Shown: one piece after another, positions 16,610-24,503 of the stretch | Position numbering within the stretch: the first letter of the stretch is position 1 | Layout of the letters: every line of letters starts with the position of its first letter | Origin: Pyrodictium abyssi | GTDB lineage: Archaea; Thermoproteota; Thermoprotei_A; Sulfolobales; Pyrodictiaceae | DNA: 32,000 nucleotides | Direction: 5' to 3' | Assembly: GCF_036323395.1 (NCBI RefSeq) | Contig: NZ_AP028907.1 | Coordinates: 900,001-932,000 of the forward strand | Program-made: the position numbers and the translations under genes | Notes under the pieces: generated by a model | The model's input: the letters and a program-made list of their open reading frames with translations, nothing else | The model's database searches: none | Told to the model about the DNA's origin: nothing

Positions 16610-16847
16610 AGGGACGTGCCTAAAGTTATTGAGCTATCCAGGAAGATGTACAGGAAAATTAAACAGAAATCTAATATGGGCAACAGTGTATAGCGCATTC
16701 GCTATACCGGCTGCTGCAGGAGCATTCTACGGTATGGGGTTCCTACTGCCTCCAGCTCTAGGAGCGTTGTTCATGTCGCTAAGCACTGTGATTGTGGCAG
16801 TAAATGCTAGCCTATCTAAGATAACATTCTACGCTCCACCAATATAG
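16610..16847 (+). pseudogene. copA: 3'-terminal remnant of a heavy-metal (CopA-type) P1B-ATPase gene, carrying an internal +1 frameshift
   Basis: The frame from 16610 reads RDVPKVIELSRKMYRKIKQ. After one extra A at about 16667 the next frame reads NLIWATVYSAFAIPAAAGAFYGMGFLLPPALGALFMSLSTVIVAVNASL...*. Together these match the last two TM helices of CopA-type pumps (DLRDV..AI.LSRKT..KIKQNL.WA..YN...IP.AAG........P..A..AM..SSV.VV.NS). The roughly 700 upstream codons of such a gene are absent. Confidence 0.75.
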
Positions 16848-17109
16848 TGCTCGGCTTAAGCTCCCACATGGTCCTGGTCATTTACTGTCAGTATAGCTGA
16901 ATCTGGCTTCCCAGAAAGGCGTCATCTTTGTGCCAAGGAGTGTCAGCTATGTTGTAAGGGGCTATACAGGAATATGTGGCGCCTAGCTGCAAGCTGGATA
17001 GGATCTAAAGGGTGTGTACTGGGGTAGGGCTTGCGAGGGTTCACTCAGTATACTGAAAGGCCCGAAGATTTGTGGCACAGTACTAATTTATCATATACGA
17101 GGGGCTGTG

Positions 17110-17147
17110 TTTAAAATTGGTAAATCAAGCAGAACAAGGAATGGTGA
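17110..17147 (+). promoter_or_regulatory. Candidate TATA box (TTTAAAAT, 17110..17117) and GGTGA ribosome-binding motif (17143..17147) for the cytochrome c gene
   Basis: The AT-rich octamer lies about 40 nt upstream of ATG 17157. GGTGA lies 10 nt upstream of the ATG. Spacing is compatible with an archaeal TATA-to-TSS distance of about 25 nt and a short leader. Sequence-only guess. Confidence 0.3.
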
Positions 17148-17156
17148 GTCCTTGCC

Positions 17157-17858
17157 ATGAAGCGGCTTCTACCTGTACTCGGCATACTAGCCTTCATGGT
17201 AGTAATTGGTGATGCCGCCCTCCATGCAAGCTCGATGAGCAACGGCGCTCCCCAGCTGAACTGTGTCCAGTGCCACGTAGGCGCAGATAAGAATCCTGCA
17301 GAGCTAGTAATTGAGGGACTCCCCGAGAAGTATGGGCCAGGCAAGACCTACAAGATAACAGTCAAGATAACAAAGGGTCCCGACTGCAGTGGCGGTGTTG
17401 CCTGTGGCGGCTTTGCAGTGCAGGTTAACGCTGGCGAGCTCGTGGTAACAGACGAAAAGAACACATTCATATCCACGACGCCAACTGGCGAGAAGCTACT
17501 AACACACACCAAGGATGGCTCTATGCTGCGCGAGTGGACCTTTGAGTGGAAGGCCCCCGACAAGCCTGAGCCGGTAACATTCAAGATAGCCGTAATTGCT
17601 GCCAATGGCGACGGTAGCTTCAACGGCGATGCCTATGCGTTTAAGGAGATAAGCATTGAGCCGACCAGTGGTGAGCAGGCGCAGACCCAAACACCGACAG
17701 TAACAACCAAGGTAGTCACCGAGACAAAGACCTCTACAACGGTTACAACAACACCGGCTGGCACCGTAAAGGAGCACAATACAGCAATGGCTATCGGCGT
17801 GGCAATAGTGGTGTTCATAATAGTAGTTGGCGGCTATCTAATGCTGACAAGGAAGTAG
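17157..17858 (+). CDS. Membrane-anchored monohaem c-type cytochrome (signal peptide, CxxCH, beta-rich ectodomain, Thr-rich stalk, C-terminal TM helix)
   Basis: 233 aa. The Sec-type signal is MKRLLPVLGILAFMVVIGDAALHA. There is a single haem-c motif, CVQCH (aa 36-40, nt 17262..17276). The Thr-rich linker is QTQTPTVTTKVVTETKTSTTVTTTP (nt about 17679..17768). The hydrophobic anchor is MAIGVAIVVFIIVVGGYLML, followed by TRK. Confidence 0.75.
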   Translation: MKRLLPVLGILAFMVVIGDAALHASSMSNGAPQLNCVQCHVGADKNPAELVIEGLPEKYGPGKTYKITVKITKGPDCSGGVACGGFAVQVNAGELVVTDEKNTFISTTPTGEKLLTHTKDGSMLREWTFEWKAPDKPEPVTFKIAVIAANGDGSFNGDAYAFKEISIEPTSGEQAQTQTPTVTTKVVTETKTSTTVTTTPAGTVKEHNTAMAIGVAIVVFIIVVGGYLMLTRK

Positions 17859-17876
17859 CCGGGCACGCCTTAAGCG

Positions 17877-17930
17877 TTTTGGATAGCTGAATCGTCAAAG
17901 TTCAAGATATTTTTAATAACTATTATTTTC
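17877..17930 (+). terminator. T-tract-rich region downstream of the cytochrome c gene (candidate archaeal intrinsic terminator, possibly also a promoter for the next gene)
   Basis: T4 at 17877..17880, T5 at 17910..17914 and T4 at 17926..17929, all within AT-rich sequence. Confidence 0.3.
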
Positions 17931-18090
17931 TAACACTAGAGTCTTCTAGCCGGCCGTAGATGGTCTAGAGTATTCCTATGCACCGTATATCGCGTCCACT
18001 AAAAATCCACGGCTACATTTGTTGCATAGTATGCCCGGGTGCGCGTCTCGTTGGCTGCCCTGGTTTAGCAGAATAAGGTGGAAGGCAATC

Positions 18091-19116
18091 ATGCCAGGTA
18101 GTGATGCGAGCGATAACACCGTCGAAGTATTCTGTATGGGAGGACTGGTATCGGAGAAGTGCACGAAAATTGTTGAGACACAACTCGATGAAACCAGTGC
18201 CGCCATAGACCTGATCGACAGTGTCTGGGCGAAAGAGCCGTCTAAACCGATACTACTTGTAGCGCCAGCGCTTAGCGGCTTCAGTAAGCTGCTAGAGGAG
18301 CTGAGCGAGCTTGGCAGAAACCCGTTCCTTGTAGAGGCAACCGGGATACCCGAGACCATATTGTCCGGGCTTTCTCTCGACAACATCATTGAGTACTGGG
18401 TGGGCATGCTAGTAGCGACTCTCGCAGAGAGAAAGAGTGCTCGACGAAGAAGCCCACGTGTCTCGCGGCGAGAGGTTCTGCGCCGCCTATTCCTAATACC
18501 TCCGAGGTACGTGATGCTGCCCAAACTCCGATCAACGCCAGTAGTTTGTAGACAGGATACCGTGTGCCCATTCTCCGCCTTGGAGGCAGGTAGGCTAGAT
18601 GAGGCCAAGTGCCAGGGCTGTATGCTCTGCGCTTGGGCGTGTCCAGAGAGCGTCGAGGCCCCGCTTTGGACGGGGCCTCTGGGGCTTCTCTACGCTTACC
18701 GATTCGTAGACGAATACGGGCTCGATGGCATACTCTTCATATGCCGTAGTAGGCTCGAGCGGCTAGACAGCTCAGCGGTCGAGGCCAGCCCGGCACGGCT
18801 CCTCCCCTTCCATGTACCGTGCGTGGGTTGGCTTGGTCCTGGGCTGCTCAGAGCACTAGCAGATCTCGGAGTTTATGTACACGTCTATGCTGGTAGGGAT
18901 GTGTGTCGTGGATGTGGCCTGGAGGCTGCTGGCGTTGGTGCAGCTGGTATGCTTGCTGCAAGCAGTATACGTGTTGGCGAGAATCTAGCCGAGGCGGGTG
19001 CAGCGGCGTTCACCGGCTATATGAGGCCAAGGAGGAGTCTTGAAGAGGTCGCTGAAAAAATGACGAAAGCTCTCGGGGTACCAGCTTCACATACTTCACA
19101 GAGGGAGCACAGCTAA
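18091..19116 (+). CDS. Iron-sulfur protein: 4Fe-4S ferredoxin motif fused to an MvhD/FlpD-like C-terminal domain
   Basis: The track ORF is 18019..19116, with in-frame ATGs at 18031, 18091 and 18136; the start is uncertain. It contains CPFSALEAGRLDEAKCQGCMLCAWACPE (a ferredoxin-type cluster). This is followed by ILFICRSRLERLD...LLPFHVPCVGWLGPGLLRALADLGVYVHVYAGRDVCRGCGLE, which mirrors the MvhD/FlpD pattern (C-containing strand ... vpC.G.v.p..il.Af..GadgV.v.gC....C). Confidence 0.5.
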   Translation: MPGSDASDNTVEVFCMGGLVSEKCTKIVETQLDETSAAIDLIDSVWAKEPSKPILLVAPALSGFSKLLEELSELGRNPFLVEATGIPETILSGLSLDNIIEYWVGMLVATLAERKSARRRSPRVSRREVLRRLFLIPPRYVMLPKLRSTPVVCRQDTVCPFSALEAGRLDEAKCQGCMLCAWACPESVEAPLWTGPLGLLYAYRFVDEYGLDGILFICRSRLERLDSSAVEASPARLLPFHVPCVGWLGPGLLRALADLGVYVHVYAGRDVCRGCGLEAAGVGAAGMLAASSIRVGENLAEAGAAAFTGYMRPRRSLEEVAEKMTKALGVPASHTSQREHS

Positions 19117-19117
19117 T

Positions 19118-20086
19118 CTAGTCTAGTCTCGTAGAGATACGGATATTGTCTATCCCTGTTCTCTTGAGCGGAAGCAGCTTTGAGGCCCTTTCGATAGCTG
19201 CTACACAGTCCTTGTCGGGTTCTCCGTGTTCTCCTGTCCTGCAGTAGACTCTAAGCTCTCCGTCCTGCCGGTCCACGTGTAGTATGTAGGGCTCGCCAGG
19301 GCCCAGAGCCTCGATGAGCGCCAGTGTACGTGAGTCCTCGTGCTCCATCCTGTCTATGTAGTCTCGGAGCACCTCTAGGGCTTCCTTGCCCCTTTCGCCG
19401 AGAAGCGCGATCAGGTTATCCTCTCCTACTGTGCTCAGCCGCCTCTCTAGCAGCTCGTGGGGAGAGCCTGGGCCCTCGACGAGGAAGTGGAGGAGTCCGG
19501 CCAGTATAGTGGTGTGGCTGGCGCCTATGAGGGCTAGCCATGACACAGCCTCTCCATAGTGTAGCCTACCGCGGCCATACTCGTAGTTCAGGGCAAGAGC
19601 CATGATGGGTGAGAGCTGGGACGCGCCTCCGGTTGCTCTGAGTGCAGCGTAGAGGCCGGTTAGCCCGGCCAGGCCTTGTATCCGGGGCCTCGGCATCTTG
19701 CCGTAGAGCTGCTCTAGTAGAGTGGCGGCCTCCTCTACTGCCTTGCTCGGCTCTTCGCCGCTGCGGTAGACACGGTGGGCGGCTAGTGCTAGGAGGCACT
19801 GGTCGGGGCTCACTCCGCACACGATGACGGAAGGCTCTGAGTCGAGGAGTACAGCAGCCGTGTAGAGGCCTACATAGTCTGCTCTTTTGGTGTCTATGGT
19901 CTCGGCTACAACGTCGTAGCCGAGGAACACGTAGTCGCCATAAACGTCTGCGTAGAATTCGTCAAGCAGTAGTATTCTCTGGCCTGGTTCGAGTACTTCG
20001 TCCAACCCAGGCCCAACTATGAGTATATGGTTGTTGTAGCGTGCTGTGGCCGGCATTCCAGCTTGTACCCCGCCACGCTGCTTCAA
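19118..20086 (-). CDS. Hypothetical protein (no recognisable family)
   Basis: 322-aa ORF with a TTG start at 20086 and an alternative ATG at 20056. Convergent with 18091..19116 (1-nt gap) and divergent from the napA-like gene. Codon usage looks native. The antisense ORFs 19324..19509, 19566..19820 and 19642..19827 were rejected. Confidence 0.5.
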   Translation of the reverse strand: MKQRGGVQAGMPATARYNNHILIVGPGLDEVLEPGQRILLLDEFYADVYGDYVFLGYDVVAETIDTKRADYVGLYTAAVLLDSEPSVIVCGVSPDQCLLALAAHRVYRSGEEPSKAVEEAATLLEQLYGKMPRPRIQGLAGLTGLYAALRATGGASQLSPIMALALNYEYGRGRLHYGEAVSWLALIGASHTTILAGLLHFLVEGPGSPHELLERRLSTVGEDNLIALLGERGKEALEVLRDYIDRMEHEDSRTLALIEALGPGEPYILHVDRQDGELRVYCRTGEHGEPDKDCVAAIERASKLLPLKRTGIDNIRISTRLD

Positions 20087-20258
20087 TTAGTTAGTTGTAG
20101 CCGATTTAATGCCCATCAGGGTATAGCCCTATACTCTGGAGGCCCGAAACAATATGGGTGACCACTAAAATATTGGTTTGAATGTGCAGATTCTTGTGGA
20201 GCCCTAAAGGGGTGTCCTTCTAGCGGCCTGTTCATAAGCTGCCAAGGGGGTCTGTATA

Positions 20259-23200
20259 TTGCCGGATGAGACTCGTAGAGATGTACTCAAGGCTATAGCT
20301 CTTGGTGCTGCCCTAGCTGCTGTAGGTGGTGTAGTCACATACTACGGTACTGGTAGAGAGAAGACGGTCTACGAGACAGTGACCAAGACGCTCACCGAGA
20401 CCCTAACAAAGACTGTGACCGAGACGATAACTCCTGGCCAGACTACCACTACAACCACAAAGGCTGAGGAGACCCAGCCTGCGAAGCCCAAGCTAGCTGT
20501 CGTCCCCGTAGGCCCCTGCAGGTTCTGTGGCGTTGGCTGCGGTGTCCAGGCGCAAGTGATACTGGACCCGCAGACCGGCATGGCTAAGGACATAGTAGCA
20601 CTAATGGGTATACCAGAATACCCCGTCAACAGGGGTGCACTCTGCACCAAGGCCTTCTACATTCACAAGGCAATAGGTTATGGTGGCAACAAGCAGGCGT
20701 TTGAGCAGAGGCTCAAGAAGCCACTGGTAATCAAGGACTGGATTATACCCGGCAAGAATAGGCCACCAATAACACCCGAGGAGATACCAGAGGCGCCTAG
20801 AGTCAAGAACCGCCAGGTAAGCAAGAACGTTGATGCTACAGTGCCCACGGTGGAGCACATAAAGAAGAACTATGTCGAAGTAGACTGGGACACTGCTGTA
20901 AAGTTCTTCACCGCAATGATGAAGTATGTTCTCCAGAAGTACGGCCCACACGGCTTCGCCTACTATGGTAGCGGCCAGCTAGGCACCGAGGAGAGCTACG
21001 CCATAAACAAGCTAACAAAGGCGGGCATACACACCAACAACCTAGACGGCAACCCGCGAATGTGTATGGTCAGCGCAGTCGGCGGCTTCATAACAAGCTA
21101 CGGTGCAGACGAGCCCGAAGTAAGCTACGACCACATAGACATACCAGAGCCCGATACTGGCGTACACGCCGACACGTTCCTACTAATAGGCACAAACACG
21201 GCAGAAGCCCACCCCATAGTATTCGGTCGTATTGCACAGGTGAAGCAGAAGAACCCCGACAAGGTCAAGGTTATACTAGCTGACCCCCGTAAGACAAGGA
21301 GCGGAAGCATCGCCGACCTATGGCTCCCGCTACGCTGGAGCATGGACGTGGCATTCCTCAACACTCTAGCCCACATACTAGCATTCGACCTAGACAAGTG
21401 TAGGGTAGACGCTAAGACCGGCAAGGTAGAGTGTAAGGGCGAGTACATAGACATAACCTGGCTAAAGCGCCACGCAGACTTCGCAATACCCGTCAACACT
21501 GCCAAGACATGGGCACTCAAGGAGTACAACAACAAGTACAACAACATGGGAGACCTAAACAAGGTCTGGGACATGGGTACAACAGCAAGCAACGCAGCAA
21601 ACTACAAGCTCTACCCAAGCGTCGGCAAGGAGTATAAGAGCGAAGACGAGGTAGAGAAGGACTGGTGGAAGGGCTTCGCGCTCTACCTAAAGTTCCTCGA
21701 GCTATACAAGCCAGAGATAATGGTGAAGATACTATTCGGCGACGAGAAGCCGCTAATCAGCAGGAAGACCGCTGAGCAGCTAATAAAGGCGGGTGAGCTG
21801 AGCCCAGACAAGGTAAACATGGCCAGCAACGAGCCGTTCGTCGAGATCGACCCGATAGAGGCTATGAGGCTAGCAGCTAAGTGGATGGCGAAGGGCAGGC
21901 TCCTCGTATTCTGGACGATGGGTGTCAACCAGAAGATCCAGGGCGTACACTCGGTCAACAGCATAATCAACATACTTGCCCTCACGGGCCAGATAGGCAA
22001 GTATGGCGCCGGTAGCTTTAGCCTCACCGGCCAGCCAAACGCTTGTGGCGGTATCCGTGACCAGGGCGGTCTGGCACACGTACTACCCTATGGCAGGCTT
22101 ATCGCCAAGAAGGCTGCTAGGGAGCAGGTAGAGAACATCTGGAAGAAGCTGACCGAAGAATACCTGAAGGAGCGCGGCTACTCGCCAGATGCCATAAAGA
22201 AGGAGGTAGAGAAGGTCTACGTACACCCGGTACCAGGCCCGCACGTAGTAGAGATGTTCCGCCGCGTCAACGCTGGCCAGCTAAAGATAGTCTGGATAGC
22301 CGAGACAAACCCAGGCCACAGCCTACCAAACGTGTTCAAGTTCCGCGCTGGCATGGCTAAGCCACACGACGATGACCCAGCGTTCCCGTTCATAGTAGTC
22401 AGCGACATCTACCCGACAAGGACAACCGACCTGGCGGACCTCGTACTGCCGGCAGCAGCATGGGGCGAGAAGGAGTTCAAGTACGGTTGTAGCGAGCGCC
22501 GCTACAGCGTAGCCAGGTACATAATACCGCCGCCAGGCGAAGCGGTAGGCGACCACATGATATTCGCGATGATAGGTAAGGCGCTAGAAGATGAGGGTCT
22601 AGTGCCAAAGGGTGTCGTAAGCGGCTTCTTCCCAGAGGATGTAGACAAGGCGGCTAAGGCTGCTGGTAAGAGCTGGGTACAGTACATAGTTGAGAAGAGC
22701 CGCGACAAGAAGTGGCATGAGGAGTTCCTCAACAGAGTATGGGACCGCGACATACTAAGCCTCGCCAAGAACACCTATTACGACTTCAGCTACGTGAAGC
22801 GTGAGGCATTCAGGAAGATGGTAAACGGCTTCCGCTGGCCATGGCCAGAGCAGTATGCTACCAACCCAAGCGTGAAGATGCGCTACGACAAGTACCAGTC
22901 TGCTAGCAGGTTCGCATACCCGTACGACCCGCTGATGCCAGATCCAGAGGTAATTAAGAAGATATACAACGACATAAAGGGCATGGACAGCGCTGAAGAG
23001 ATAGCAGCATACATAAGCAAGCTAGACCCCAACGTGGTACACCCAGTACACAAGGCCAAGTGGCTAGGCAAGCTATCGCACAACCCGGTGCTAATGAAGT
23101 GGGTGCTAAAGCACATAGTAGAGGAGATAGACGACCAGGCCTACAAGAAGGCAAGCAAGGTGCCGGTCGACTGGTATGTAGTGTTCTACGCTAAGCCTAC

Positions 23201-24023
23201 AGGCAGGATGACAATATGGGCTAGGCCGTGGCTACCAATAACCATGGACCATGAGACCGGTGAAGTAAAGATAAACAAGGAGGTCATAATAACCAGAGAG
23301 GCGCTAGACGTAGACACGGTGTTCAAGGGCAAGATATCGGTATTCAGCGAGCCAAAGGGCCCGTTCAAGGTACTTGAGAAGCACAAGGCCCTACCGGCCA
23401 GCGGCGACCCAGAGAAGGGCCTGCAGGTGCTAGCCACAAAGACTTGGGGCGAGGCCCTCCGGACAAACCGTGGCGACATAGAGGCGATCTTCGAGATAGC
23501 GCTAGCTCCGGCAGAGGCGCCAGGCTTCTCACTCAAGTACAAGCTCGACAACGGCCAGGTAATAACAGTGAGAGATGCTACTGGCTATGAGCTAGTAGCC
23601 ACCACCGGCCGTATAGTAGAGCACTGGCACACAGGAACAATGACAGGTAGAGTACCAGAACTCAAGCGTGTAAAGCCGGCAGCATACGTCGAGATACACA
23701 AGAAGCTGGCCGAGAAGCTAGGCATAAAGGACGGCGACTGGGTGACAGTAGAGAGCCCACGCGGCAAGGTAACCGTAAAGGCTGTGGTACTAGACCCGAA
23801 GACAGGCCTTGGCGGCCCCAGAATGGACTACGTGTTCATACCATGGTTCGACGAGAACAAGCTGGCGAACGCGCTAACACTAGACAACTACGACGTGCAG
23901 CCGTACTTCTTCCAGCCAGACTACAAGACATGCGCAGCGAGGATAAGGAAGGCGACGCCAGACGAGATACCCAAGAGCGAAGTCGAGCAGACCGGTAAGC
24001 CCAAGTACAGTATAAGAGTCTAA
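20259..24023 (+). CDS. napA: NapA-like molybdopterin (Mo-bisPGD) oxidoreductase catalytic subunit with Tat signal and Thr-rich stalk; unusually long at 1254 aa
   Basis: The Tat motif is [21 protein letters not shown]. The TxT repeat is [28 protein letters not shown] (nt 20364..20492). The [4Fe-4S] motif is [10 protein letters not shown]...[14 protein letters not shown], which closely resembles the E. coli-type NapA motif CRFCGTGCGV...PVNRGLNCIKGYF. The Mo-Cys context is [17 protein letters not shown]. Other NapA-like blocks are [59 protein letters not shown] and [11 protein letters not shown]. Confidence 0.85.
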   Translation: [1254 protein letters not shown]

Positions 24024-24025
24024 GC

Positions 24026-24053
24026 TGTTTTCTAATAAGTCAACGGTTTTTCT
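24026..24053 (+). terminator. T-tracts immediately after the napA-like stop (candidate intrinsic terminator)
   Basis: The sequence is TGTTTTCT (24026..24033) and GGTTTTTCT (24045..24053, with T5 at 24047..24051). The stop codon is at 24021..24023. Confidence 0.35.
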
Positions 24054-24503
24054 CACACTTAGACCGTATCGCACTGTTTCTCAGAATTCCGTAAACGCGG
24101 GCTCCAGCTCTTTAGGCGGTATCATGCTGTGATTTCTCCTAGAGGCGGTTACCGGACGGCTTCAATTCTTTTGTAGGACTTCTTAGGGATGTAAAATAGA
24201 ATGCGTAAACTGCTTCTTGGCGGTCGTCGTGTGTGACATGACGGCTAATAGTTGTCCAGGTTATTTGTCGAGGCGTGGCGTGTGCAACATCGTATGTAGT
24301 GTGCGCCGAAAAAGAGCGGTGTAGAGTTATTCGCTGGAGCTATGAGCGGCTTGTAACGAGGAGCTGAAGTAAGCGGGGCCACGTTCATAAGGAAGATTTG
24401 ATAGTGTTAATCAAGTGAATGTGAGTATTTTGCTATGTGGTGGTATGGTAGGAAGCGTCAGTGTACTAAGCTATATGTAGCTCACATGGAGGAATGGTTA
24501 AAG

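Noticed and set aside
16893-17893. 11-nt direct repeat ATAGCTGAATC flanking the cytochrome c gene (16893..16903 and 17883..17893)
   Set aside because: Roughly a hundred chance 11-mer pairs are expected in a 32-kb window. There are no extended flanking matches or target-site-duplication-like structure.
17976-18608. 210-aa minus-strand ORF opposite the ferredoxin/MvhD-like gene
   Set aside because: It is Ser/Arg-rich with no motifs, whereas the plus-strand frame carries clear Fe-S cluster motifs. Its existence does add uncertainty to the plus-strand gene's first roughly 25 codons.
20118-20131. Small palindrome GTATAGCCCTATAC in the divergent promoter region upstream of the napA-like gene
   Set aside because: It has only 6-bp arms. 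That is well within chance expectation, and there is no repeat of it elsewhere in the locus.
12816-20300. Search for an attR, meaning a second copy of the tRNA-Arg 3' half (ggttcaaatcc, cgcgggcccgcc), downstream of the integrase
   Set aside because: Visual scanning found no match longer than 8 nt (ccaaatcc at about 16424). The element's right end therefore cannot be defined by a direct repeat, and the boundary given is approximate.
24238-24324. 28-codon Cys-containing ORF (MTANSCPGYLSRRGVCNIVCSVRRKRAV) in the napA-napG spacer
   Set aside because: It is too short, with no recognisable ribosome-binding site or family resemblance. It is mentioned only within the spacer finding.
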